Origin: an uncultured virus (IMG/VR IMGVR_UViG_3300026549_002379)
Taxonomy: Duplodnaviria > Heunggongvirae > Uroviricota > Caudoviricetes
IMG/VR virus record: IMGVR_UViG_3300026549_002379
Strand: one strand, 5' to 3'
Length of the DNA stretch: 64,000 nucleotides
The position numbers were made by a program, and so were the translations under genes. Shown piece by piece: positions 1 to 8,636 of this stretch. Within the stretch, counting starts at the first letter, position 1; every line of letters begins with the position of its first letter. The notes under the pieces are model-generated. The model saw nothing but the letters and a program-made list of their open reading frames with translations, did no database searches and had not been told where the DNA came from.

Positions 1-700
1 CGCCCACGGTCCTCGCCTCGTCCAGACCGATGGTCGCCAGCGTCGCCACCAGCTTCGACGGCCCCGTGGGCGTGAAGAACTCGCCGCTCTTCTTGCCAGC
101 ATCGGATGCGAACAGCCCGATGAGAATCATGTACGCCGTGCCCAGCACGTCGAACTGCGAGTCCGTCAGCTTGAAGTCAATCTCGCCGATTTTCACGATG
201 ACCTTCGCGATGAGCGACGTCCTCGCCGCCACGGCGTCACCCAAATCGGGGTCTTGCAGCTTCATGTCGTTGAACAGACCGGAAAACGCCGCCTCGGACG
301 CCTGCCCCATGGTGGAACCTGTCAGCTCATTCACCGCGCGCTCGTAGTCCTCGACGCTGAATCTGTCCGCATCGTCTTTCGGGCGGACAATCTTGCGCAC
401 GAGTTCCCGGAACAGGTTCTCGGGCTTGATGATGTAACCCAAGTGCTCGATGGACCACTGCTCGACAACCGGGCGGTAATCGTCGTCCGCGAACGCCTGC
501 TCGTAGGTCAGGCCGTCCTCCTTCAGGATTTCCTGCATGTAGTCCTCGGTGCGCTCCGACAGATACCTGTAGAAAATAGTCCCGAGGATGTAGTTTCGAA
601 ACTTCGTGGAATCCATGTTCCCGCGCAGGTCGTTCGCGATGGCCCAGAGCTTCTGGGAAAGCTCGCTCGCCTGCGCCTGGTATTTCGCAGAATCAATCAT
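1..700 (-). CDS. hsdM: Type I restriction-modification methyltransferase subunit M (5' part; runs off the window edge)
   Basis: Not in the ORF track because it is open at the edge. Manual translation from ATG 700: MIDSAKYQAQASELSQKLWAIANDLRGNMD...YILGTIFYRYLS...SGEFFTP, typical of the HsdM N-terminus; starts 3 bp after the hsdR stop. Confidence 0.93.
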   Translation of the reverse strand, partial: MIDSAKYQAQASELSQKLWAIANDLRGNMDSTKFRNYILGTIFYRYLSERTEDYMQEILKEDGLTYEQAFADDDYRPVVEQWSIEHLGYIIKPENLFRELVRKIVRPKDDADRFSVEDYERAVNELTGSTMGQASEAAFSGLFNDMKLQDPDLGDAVAARTSLIAKVIVKIGEIDFKLTDSQFDVLGTAYMILIGLFASDAGKKSGEFFTPTGPSKLVATLATIGLDEARTVG

Positions 701-703
701 GTC

Positions 704-3616
704 TTACTCTCCTTCTGCCTTGTAGCGGCTATATGTGCTCACGACGAACTCCTTGATAGCGCTCGTCATCTTCGTAATCTTCAGAAGCCCCATGTGGTAT
801 GCGGACAGCCTCCTGCGGATGGCCTCCTCGGAGATGTTTCCTCCGAAGGTGTACTCCGAGAAGACGTCCAGCACATCCTTCGCATCGAGACCGTTGTCGT
901 AGGCGAAAGACTCAATCTCGGCCTGCAGGCTCTCGCGCTCGAACTGCTCGTATGCCTGCTGGATGTCCGCGTCGTCCGGCAACTCGTAGAAGCGCGTGCG
1001 GATGAACGCCTCCATGATGTCCTTCTTCGCGCGGAGCGCATCGTTGTCCGAGCGCTCAATCTCGCGCATCACCAGGTCGATGTCCCGCGCGCGCTCCTCG
1101 TCGGACTTCTCGGCGTCATGGGCCGACTTCAGCAGGCTCAGGATGTACATCACGTTGATGCGGTCCGTCCGCACCAGCTCCACGTCGAAATCGACGTCGA
1201 CGGGCACGGGAACCTTCGGGTCCCGTTTCTTCGCCTCGTCGTGGTAGTAGAGGTACCAGCTCTTGTAGCCCTCGTACTCTTCCTCGCCCAGCACGACAGA
1301 AAGGTCGTCCCAGTCGAACTTGCCGAAGGTCTTCAACGTCGCCAGCGTACCGGACAGCGAGCGGAACGCCACGACGAACTGACGGATGTCGCCCTCGCTC
1401 TGGAGCTGCCCCGCATCGTCGACGGTTTGAGCCGCCTTGCGCAGCGCGGGCACCTGGTTCACCCACTTGTTCACGTAATACTCGTAGCTCTCCAGCAGGT
1501 ACTCGTTCGGGTCCCCGTCGCCGGAGAACAGCCGCAGCGCATCGTCCTGCGCGCGCTTGATGTCGCGGTACGACACAATCTGCCCGAACTGCTTCGTCAC
1601 CTTGTCCACGCGGTTCGTTCGGCTGTACGCCTGCACCAGCGTGTGCCAGATGAGGTTCTTGTCCAGATACAGCGTGTTCAGCGGCTTGGCGTCGAACCCG
1701 GTGAGCATCATGTTGACCACCAGCAGGATGTCCACCTGCGGAAGGTCCTTCTGCTTCATGCGCCGCGTGATGTCCTTGCGGTACGCATCGAAGGAGTCCA
1801 GCGAGAAGGACGTGCCGAACATCGCGTTGTAGTCGTCCATGCAGCGCCCCAGAAGCTCCTGGGAGTGCTCGTCGCCGCCTTCGTCCATGTCCTCGTTGGC
1901 CTGGTACGTGAAGATTGCGGCCACGCGGTAGCGCTCGCCCTCCGGCCTCGCCTCGTTCAGTGCCTTGAACGCGTCGTAATACTTCCCGAGCGTCTTGATG
2001 GAATCGACCGCGAACAGCGCGGTGTAGATGTCCTTTCCCTGCGGGTGGACATGCTGCTCATGGTGCTCGAAGATGTCCTCCGCGATGACGCGGATGCGCT
2101 CGTCGTCGTGATACAGGGCGTCCAAATCGAGATTGTGGCGGCGGCAGTAATCCGGGTCGCCCAGGCGCTCGGGGTCGATGCCGTTCGCGGCGACCTGCTT
2201 CGCAAAAATCGTCCGCTGATACTCGACGGAGAACCGCAGGACGTTGCCGTCTGCGATAGCGTCCTTAATCATGTAGCGGTGCAGGCAGGCGTCCAGCTTC
2301 GAGCCCGCGTAGAACACGTCGGCGGTCGTCCTGCCATCCTTGCCCTTGTTCGCCTCGAAGATGGGCGTGCCGGTGAAGCCGATGTAGTTCGCGTTGCGGA
2401 AATGCCGCTGGATGTCGCCGTGCATCTTGCCGAACTGGCTGCGGTGGCACTCGTCGATGATGAACACGACCTTCTTGTCGCGGTACGAATCCATCAGCGT
2501 CTCGTAGCGCTTGCTCTTGACCGCGTTCGCCATCTTCTGGATGGTCGTCACGATGAGCTTGCGGTCCGCCTGCTTCAATTGCCTCACCAGCACGGCGGTC
2601 GAGTCCGAGCCGTCAACGCAGTCCTTCTCGAACGAGTTGTACTCGTCCACGGTCTGGTCATCAAGGTCCTTGCGGTCAATCAGGAAGATGACCTTGTCGA
2701 CCCTCGGCTCATCGCGCAGAAGCTGCGCCAACTTGAAGGACGTAAGCGTCTTGCCCGAACCGGTGCAGGCGAAGACGTACCCGTTCTGGTTGGAGTCCAG
2801 CACGCGACGCTTCGCCGCCTTCACGGCGAAAATCTGGTACGGCCGCATGACCATCAGCACCGGCTCGGTGGTCTTGATGACCATGTACTTGTCCAGCATT
2901 TCGGTGATGGTCGAGCGCCGCAGGAACTCGGCAGTGAACTCGTCCAGCTTGTTGATGCGCTTGTTGTTCTCGTCCGTCCAGAAGAACACCAGGCTCTTCA
3001 GAATCGGATTGTAGACGCCGCCGTCCATCTCGTTCTCGTTGCAGAAATACTTCGTCTGCACCGAATTCGACACGACGAACAGCTGCAAATAGCGGAACAA
3101 CCCCTTGAACGAGAACTTGCGGTAGCGGTTAATCTGGTTTATCGCCTCGTTTATCTCCACGCCGGGGCGCTTCAGCTCAATCTGGACCAGCGGAAGGCCG
3201 TTGATGAGAATCGTCACATCGTAACGGTTCTTGTACGAAACGTCGTCCTTGTGGTCCTTGTCCATCGTGACCTGGTGCGTCACCTGGTAGATGTTGCGGT
3301 CGGTATCGGAGCTGAAGAAATCCAGATACACGGTCCGACCGTTATCCAGCGTCAGGACGTACTTGTCGCGCAGAATCTTCGCGGACTCGTAGACGCTGTG
3401 GTTGTCCACATGAATCATCACGCGGCCGAACTCTGCGTCCGAGAAGGCGGCTTCCCCCTTCGCCTCAACCAGCTTGGGCGCATTGAACGCCTCGAGCTGC
3501 TTGCGGAAATTCGCCACAACGTCGTCGTAGTTCGACATATCGACGAACTCATAGCCAATGCTCTCAAGCCTGTCTATGAACAGGTTCTCGACATCGTATT
3601 CTGATATATGAGCCAT
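704..3616 (-). CDS. hsdR: Type I restriction endonuclease subunit R
   Basis: 970 aa; nuclease motif DVTILINGLPLVQIELK, Walker A TGSGKT, DECHRSQ, FTGTP, MLTGFDA, QAYSRTNR. Confidence 0.96.
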   Translation of the reverse strand: MAHISEYDVENLFIDRLESIGYEFVDMSNYDDVVANFRKQLEAFNAPKLVEAKGEAAFSDAEFGRVMIHVDNHSVYESAKILRDKYVLTLDNGRTVYLDFFSSDTDRNIYQVTHQVTMDKDHKDDVSYKNRYDVTILINGLPLVQIELKRPGVEINEAINQINRYRKFSFKGLFRYLQLFVVSNSVQTKYFCNENEMDGGVYNPILKSLVFFWTDENNKRINKLDEFTAEFLRRSTITEMLDKYMVIKTTEPVLMVMRPYQIFAVKAAKRRVLDSNQNGYVFACTGSGKTLTSFKLAQLLRDEPRVDKVIFLIDRKDLDDQTVDEYNSFEKDCVDGSDSTAVLVRQLKQADRKLIVTTIQKMANAVKSKRYETLMDSYRDKKVVFIIDECHRSQFGKMHGDIQRHFRNANYIGFTGTPIFEANKGKDGRTTADVFYAGSKLDACLHRYMIKDAIADGNVLRFSVEYQRTIFAKQVAANGIDPERLGDPDYCRRHNLDLDALYHDDERIRVIAEDIFEHHEQHVHPQGKDIYTALFAVDSIKTLGKYYDAFKALNEARPEGERYRVAAIFTYQANEDMDEGGDEHSQELLGRCMDDYNAMFGTSFSLDSFDAYRKDITRRMKQKDLPQVDILLVVNMMLTGFDAKPLNTLYLDKNLIWHTLVQAYSRTNRVDKVTKQFGQIVSYRDIKRAQDDALRLFSGDGDPNEYLLESYEYYVNKWVNQVPALRKAAQTVDDAGQLQSEGDIRQFVVAFRSLSGTLATLKTFGKFDWDDLSVVLGEEEYEGYKSWYLYYHDEAKKRDPKVPVPVDVDFDVELVRTDRINVMYILSLLKSAHDAEKSDEERARDIDLVMREIERSDNDALRAKKDIMEAFIRTRFYELPDDADIQQAYEQFERESLQAEIESFAYDNGLDAKDVLDVFSEYTFGGNISEEAIRRRLSAYHMGLLKITKMTSAIKEFVVSTYSRYKAEGE

Positions 3617-3631
3617 AGGCCGCCACCTCCC

Positions 3632-3895
3632 TTACTTGTCTTCTCTGTGTTCCGCGACCCACTCGTGGATAATCGCGGCAATCGTCGTCTCGCGCTCCGC
3701 CGCCATCATCTTCAGCGCCTTCTTGTCGCTCACCGTGAGCGACAGCGAGAGCGTGGTGCGCTTCTCGTCCTCGGCGGACGCTGCGCCCGCCGAAACCGTT
3801 GTCTGCTTCGCAGCCGCCGGTTCAGAAACCGTCTGCTCTATCTTCTCCTGCTCGGCCTCGCGGTCGGCAGCGTATTTCTCGAACATATTCGCCAT
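3632..3895 (-). CDS. Ribbon-helix-helix DNA-binding protein (ParG/CopG-like)
   Basis: C-terminal TTLSLSLTVSDKKALKMMAAERETTIAAIIHEW beta-alpha-alpha pattern; RBS AAAGGAGG before ATG 3895; follows a parA remnant. Confidence 0.75.
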   Translation of the reverse strand: MANMFEKYAADREAEQEKIEQTVSEPAAAKQTTVSAGAASAEDEKRTTLSLSLTVSDKKALKMMAAERETTIAAIIHEWVAEHREDK

Positions 3896-3931
3896 GGCTC
3901 GACCTCCTTTAATCAATTACACATTTACACA

Positions 3932-3960
3932 ATTATACATCATAGAGACGTATTTGTCCA
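3932..3960 (-). promoter_or_regulatory. Putative sigmaA promoter for RHH-hsdR-hsdM
   Basis: TGGACA-N17-TATAAT on the minus strand, overlapping tandem 8-bp repeats. Confidence 0.55.
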
Positions 3961-3985
3961 TACGGAACACGGCTCTGACCTGCGG

Positions 3986-4126
3986 TTATTCCTTCGGGAA
4001 CCCCGCAGCCTCGCACACCGTGCCCACCAGGGCGAGAGTCGCCTTCGCGGCCTTGCCGCGTCGGTCGAACTCGACCACGGACTTGCCAACGCCGCCCTTC
4101 TGATTACATACCAGTATCGTTTTCAT
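3986..4126 (-). pseudogene. parA: Internally deleted parA (46-aa remnant)
   Basis: MKTILVCNQKGGVGKS (deviant Walker A N-terminus) runs directly into VVEFDRRGKAAKATLALV (ParA C-terminal-like); RBS AAGGAGG intact. Confidence 0.8.
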
Positions 4127-4128
4127 CG

Positions 4129-4527
4129 CTACGCCTCCTTTGGAGCAAGAATATGATTCGTTCGAAAACGCTTATCCTGCGGGTCTCGCTCAAGATGCAA
4201 CTGAAGTCCGTCATGACAAAACACGTCTATGACCTTGTAATACGGGGAATGCAGAACCAACGCCTCAGCAACGAGCGTCGCATTATCAAACATGTTCACG
4301 CCCATAATGACCTTCTCACGGTCTGCGACAATCCAATAGGGGAATGCCTCGCTATCCTCGCGTTGCCCTATCAGATAAGCGAGTGACTGCTCATAGAGCA
4401 TCCCTGCTTGCATGTATTTATCTTTTGGCAGCCCGTCAAACATTGAAATATCAGGAACACCGAGCAGCTTCACGCCAAGCGGGCGCTCACTCTCGTCAAA
4501 TACCGATGAAAACTCGTATTCACCCAT
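4129..4527 (-). CDS. Hypothetical protein (lower GC)
   Basis: 132-aa ORF with RBS GAGGAGG and upstream TTGACG-N16-TATAAT (4592-4565). Confidence 0.65.
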   Translation of the reverse strand: MGEYEFSSVFDESERPLGVKLLGVPDISMFDGLPKDKYMQAGMLYEQSLAYLIGQREDSEAFPYWIVADREKVIMGVNMFDNATLVAEALVLHSPYYKVIDVFCHDGLQLHLERDPQDKRFRTNHILAPKEA

Positions 4528-4995
4528 AATTCAGCCTCCTCATTTTTAATCAATTATATATTTAATTATATTCCAACCGCTACTCACGTCAATATTTAAT
4601 TAAATAATCAATTTTGACCACTTTTGTTCCCATTTAGTTGCCAAAACATGACCGATAACGGTACAAAGCAGGAACAACAAAGCCTTTTGCTACACTAAAG
4701 CCCGTTTCGAGACACTTTTGTGTCCAAAAACGGGCTTAAATCACGTTCTAACGCCTGTTTTGGCGACTTTTTGGTCACAAAGATAACTACAGACGGGCAA
4801 AAATCAATTATTCACCGTACTGCTCTTGCAAATTCGCTCCGCCGCCCAAGGTATCAATGGTCGTCTTGCCGCCCGTCGACAGTCCCATGGACCCGAACGC
4901 CGCCCAGAGCAAAACGGCAACGACAATCACCCCGAGAACGATTGCCACCAGCTTGCCGTCCGACATAGGCGGCTTAACCTCGCCGCCGTTCTTCC

Positions 4996-5562
4996 TCATG
5001 CTCGCCTGGATGTAATCGTTGCTGGATGTAATCGTTGTACATCTCTTAGAGCTCTTAGAACTCTCTGCATTGTCAGTACTCTCGGTGCTTGCGCTGCCTT
5101 CCTTGCTGGTATCATGCGTAGACTTCTCGCCGGAAACGTTCCGCTGCTGCTGTTCCACAGGAGACATGGTGCCCCGCTCGTATCCTCGACGCCATGCACC
5201 ATGCGCATGTACTCGGCGTACTCCGGGTCCTGTATCATCGCCTTGCGCTGCTTGAACTCCTCGTACGTCAGCGTGCGAGGCTGCTTCGACCGCTTGCAGG
5301 CCATCAGGCCGCAAACCGCGCTCGCGGTCCAAAGCCCGAGTGTGAAGAAAAGCAGACCGATAATCGCACAACCGATGCCGACCCCGCCAAGCGCAATAGC
5401 CGTCGTCTGTCGATTTGAAACGCCACGGACAAGACCGACGACTGAAGCAATCGCGCCGACAAGGCCGAACGCAATCACCACGATGAGAACGCTCCCACCG
5501 GAGGCCATGAAGCCCCTCATGAACGCGTCCCAATTCCAAGTTGCTACCACCAAATCACTCAT
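4996..5562 (-). CDS. Hypothetical membrane protein; 3' end probably scrambled by a duplicated fragment
   Basis: RBS AAGGAGG, two hydrophobic segments; 3' part overlaps the 99-bp repeat. Confidence 0.45.
   Translation of the reverse strand: MSDLVVATWNWDAFMRGFMASGGSVLIVVIAFGLVGAIASVVGLVRGVSNRQTTAIALGGVGIGCAIIGLLFFTLGLWTASAVCGLMACKRSKQPRTLTYEEFKQRKAMIQDPEYAEYMRMVHGVEDTSGAPCLLWNSSSGTFPARSLRMIPARKAAQAPRVLTMQRVLRALRDVQRLHPATITSRRA
5043..5141. repeat. 99-bp exact direct repeat, copy 1 (copy 2 at 48713-48811)
   Basis: ctcttagagctcttagaactctctgc...cgccggaaacgttc is identical at both positions. Confidence 0.95.
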
Positions 5563-5745
5563 ACCTAATCCTCCTTGTCCTCTGAATCTGATTTATCGTT
5601 ACCGCCCGAGCCGAGAGGCACCGTACGCACGAGCCCCCTCACGCGGACGGGCAGGTCGGACATGCAGACACGGCCCTGGTCGGAACCGCGGTACGCCTTG
5701 TTCATCCACTCGGTCACCTCGTACTCGGCAATCCGACGTCCTCCT

Positions 5746-5892
5746 TTACTTGACCTCATCATTCTCCATCCTGTACCACAGATTCCTGGCACGGCGCTCG
5801 CTACGCGAGCTGGCCACGCAGCAGGCCCATGCGCAGAAGAAGAGAACGACGCCGACAACGACGGCGCCAATGACCGCAAGAACACCGAACAT
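5746..5892 (-). CDS. Small membrane protein (48 aa)
   Basis: MFGVLAVIGAVVVGVVLFFCAWACC... preceded by GGAGGG RBS; below the ORF-track cutoff. Confidence 0.5.
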   Translation of the reverse strand: MFGVLAVIGAVVVGVVLFFCAWACCVASSRSERRARNLWYRMENDEVK

Positions 5893-5915
5893 AGGCAATC
5901 CCTCCAATCAGGCCG

Positions 5916-6398
5916 TCACGACTTCGTGACAGGCAAATTATTGTCATACAGAACCTTCAGCGCAGCCGCCGTATGATTCATGTGATACTGCCGATAGCAG
6001 TCAATCTTCTCCCACTCGTCCTCGTCGTGCGACGGCCAGGGACCGATGAGAATCTCGTACTCCGTGCGGGACCACTCCTGCCACATCACGAGCTTGTCGA
6101 GAGCCTCGTCAAGCTCATCGAACGAAATCTTGCCCTTCCGGTAACGGTCGAGAACCTCGACCGCGCCGTCATGGACATGGACATTGCGGAACACGTTGAA
6201 GTCCTCGAACGCACGGCGGTTGAAGTCGTGATTGATGACCCTGTAATCAAGCTTGTACTCGCGCTTTGCCATATCGGCATCCTCTCCTTTCAGTTCCTCC
6301 GCCAGACGGGCATAGCCCTCGCAGACCTTGTCATTTATCAACCCGGCGCGGACGAACTCACTGAGCTCGTCCTGCGTCAGGGGCTTGTCGTATTTCAT
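5916..6398 (-). CDS. Hypothetical protein
   Basis: ORF starting MKYDKPLTQ just downstream of the helicase gene with an RBS-like sequence. Confidence 0.6.
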   Translation of the reverse strand: MKYDKPLTQDELSEFVRAGLINDKVCEGYARLAEELKGEDADMAKREYKLDYRVINHDFNRRAFEDFNVFRNVHVHDGAVEVLDRYRKGKISFDELDEALDKLVMWQEWSRTEYEILIGPWPSHDEDEWEKIDCYRQYHMNHTAAALKVLYDNNLPVTKS

Positions 6399-6405
6399 AG
6401 ACGCC

Positions 6406-8205
6406 TCACTCCTTCGTCGGATAGTCGACATCGTCGGAATCATGCGACTCAAGCCTCGGAAGCTGCAGATTCTCCCTCAGCTTCTCATAGCCGTCCTGCC
6501 CCATGTCCCCCGGCGTCGTCTTGTGCGTGGAGCACCAGTCCCACACCTCGCGGCGAACAAGGCCACGACGTCTCGTGGACGCATAGACCGCGTTCGTCGC
6601 CAGAGTCGGCGACCACTTGGCCACGGACAGGGGCAGACCCCTGGAGCCGGAAGACGGGCGCACCCACTCGCCGCTCTCAACGGCAAGCTCCGTGATATGC
6701 ACCACAAAGGCCTTCTTCGACGGCATCCTGGTCGACGGACGGTCGGCCCTGAGCCACTGCGTGAACTGCTCCCAGAGCCAGTCGTTCGGGAAGAAGTCCG
6801 TCGCCGTGCCGGACATGACGAGCTGCCAGAACTCGGCAATCGGGTCATTATCCAGAATGAACTCGTCCTTGAGGCGAATGGCCTCTTCCGGCTCGGGCAG
6901 TGCCCAATACTTGTCCCAGACGACAAGCGCCTGGTAGGCCATATAGGAGCAGAACTCGGGCGACACGACCCATCTCTCGCGAATCGTCTTGTCGTCGTCC
7001 TTGCCACGGAACTCTCCGGTAAAGGGGACGTAGATGTTACGGTCGAGCCACGCCTGGCCCTTGTCCTTGGTCTTCGGCAGGTCGTTCGCCGCCGCCACGA
7101 TAAGGGCATGCGGCGTATAGTCGAACATCGTCTCGCCCTTACGCTCAACGCTAATCGTGTCATGCGAGATAATCGACTTCAGGCGGGAATTGTCACGGAT
7201 ATAGGCCCCGGAATCCGAGTCCTCGCACGTAATCAAAGACACGCCGACGATATTCGAGACGCCGAAGCGTCCGCCGTCAGACGAGCCGGCAAGCGTCGCG
7301 AGGTTCGACGACATGACGCCGTTGCTTCCGACCATGGCCTTCAGGCAGTCCAGATACGTGGACTTGCCGTTATGGCCAGTCTTATTGAACAGCGTGGCCA
7401 TCACGCGCCAGTTGTAGCGGTCGCGCAAAGCGGCGCCCGCCAGCTTGATGAGCAGGTCGCGCCCGCCCTCATAAGGCACGAGCGAGTCAATCCACTCCCA
7501 GAACGTAATCTTCGTCCCATCCGGCTTCGTGTGCACAGGCTCCGCAGGCGGGTCCTCCGGGAGAACCGTCGCATGCTTCCTGAGCGTCACCAGCTCCGGG
7601 TCGAAGTCCATGAGGACGCCGCTCCGATAATCATAGACGCCGTTCTGCATGAACACGAAGTCAGAATCGGAGCACTCGGCGACGCGAAACTCGTCGCGGG
7701 ATGCCATATCATGGATTTTCTGAACGAAGTCGCCCTTCCAATGGGCGTTCACTGACCCCGCAAGCTCCTCACACCAGCTGTCCACCTGACCGGGACCTAT
7801 CTCGCGATAGATGCCGCGGTCGGGACCATCCGTCACGTACACGGCGATAACGCCGTCCGCAGTCGGCTTGCGGACGTTCTCCTTCGTGCAGACCATCCGA
7901 ATGCGTTCCTTGCGAAACACGAGCTCGGCGGCCGCCGGAGCCGATATCGACTTCGGCATGGGCCAGCCCATCTCGCGACCGCCATTCTCACGCTTCGCGT
8001 TGACCTGGCGCACCAGGTCACGAAACGTGTCGACGACGGCATTCGAAAGGTCTGTCAAGGATGCGGATTCGAGCGAGCCATCCTCCTCTGCACGGGCGAG
8101 CACAGAGAGCACGCACTCATGCTCCGCATATTCATAGTTACTGCCCCCGTAAACTGCCGACGTGTCATCCGCTGGGGACATAGGCGTGTCCCTCTCGTCG
8201 GACAT
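6406..8205 (-). CDS. D5-like / P4-family SF3 helicase (phage/plasmid primase-helicase C-terminal type)
   Basis: D5_N-like QNGVYDYRSGVLMDFDP, Walker A GHNGKST, LKSIISHDTISVERKG, AANDLP motif C, FTGEF. Confidence 0.85.
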   Translation of the reverse strand: MSDERDTPMSPADDTSAVYGGSNYEYAEHECVLSVLARAEEDGSLESASLTDLSNAVVDTFRDLVRQVNAKRENGGREMGWPMPKSISAPAAAELVFRKERIRMVCTKENVRKPTADGVIAVYVTDGPDRGIYREIGPGQVDSWCEELAGSVNAHWKGDFVQKIHDMASRDEFRVAECSDSDFVFMQNGVYDYRSGVLMDFDPELVTLRKHATVLPEDPPAEPVHTKPDGTKITFWEWIDSLVPYEGGRDLLIKLAGAALRDRYNWRVMATLFNKTGHNGKSTYLDCLKAMVGSNGVMSSNLATLAGSSDGGRFGVSNIVGVSLITCEDSDSGAYIRDNSRLKSIISHDTISVERKGETMFDYTPHALIVAAANDLPKTKDKGQAWLDRNIYVPFTGEFRGKDDDKTIRERWVVSPEFCSYMAYQALVVWDKYWALPEPEEAIRLKDEFILDNDPIAEFWQLVMSGTATDFFPNDWLWEQFTQWLRADRPSTRMPSKKAFVVHITELAVESGEWVRPSSGSRGLPLSVAKWSPTLATNAVYASTRRRGLVRREVWDWCSTHKTTPGDMGQDGYEKLRENLQLPRLESHDSDDVDYPTKE

Positions 8206-8208
8206 GGG

Positions 8209-8493
8209 TTAGTCCTCAGAGGCATTCCCGAGGTCGCCCGCCCTGCCCTCGAGGATGTAATCACGCAGCTTCTCGCGCACGATGCGTGACTGACGACCGC
8301 TCTTCACGACGAAGTCGCAGTCGGGTGCATGCATCAGATGGCGAAGGCGTGCCCGGCCAATGCCAAAGTAAACGACGGCCTCGTTCACAGTCAGGAAGTC
8401 GCGTTTGGAAAGAACCTCCATCAGACTGGAAAGCTCGTCGTAAGTCATCGTCCCAAGCACCGTCTGAACGGTGCGCGTATCCTTCTCGGTCAT
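8209..8493 (-). CDS. Excisionase-like helix-turn-helix protein
   Basis: FLTVNEAVVYFGIGRARLRHLM...FVVKSGRQSRIVREKLRDYI resembles the Tn916 Xis/HTH_17 pattern. Confidence 0.75.
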   Translation of the reverse strand: MTEKDTRTVQTVLGTMTYDELSSLMEVLSKRDFLTVNEAVVYFGIGRARLRHLMHAPDCDFVVKSGRQSRIVREKLRDYILEGRAGDLGNASED

Positions 8494-8569
8494 TGCTATC
8501 TATCTCCTTTCATCGGCGCAGGCAGCGAACCGCGCCGCAAAAACGCAGCATATTTTGCTAACTAAAGCC

Positions 8570-8598
8570 ATTATACGACCAAAAAGAACCAAAGTCAA
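8570..8598 (-). promoter_or_regulatory. Putative sigmaA promoter for xis-helicase operon
   Basis: TTGACT-N17-TATAAT. Confidence 0.65.
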
Positions 8599-8636
8599 CC
8601 TATTTTGAAAAATTGGGTACGGCGACGGGGAGGGCC

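Noticed and set aside
254..3604. 1116-aa plus-strand ORF and other long plus-strand ORFs (e.g. 22128-25181, 31308-34052, 44843-47383)
   Set aside because: Antisense shadows of well-supported minus-strand genes, expected in high-GC DNA; no motifs or RBS.
8209..8493. Prophage or complete integration module
   Set aside because: No integrase, capsid, terminase or tail genes in the window; only xis-like and helicase genes.
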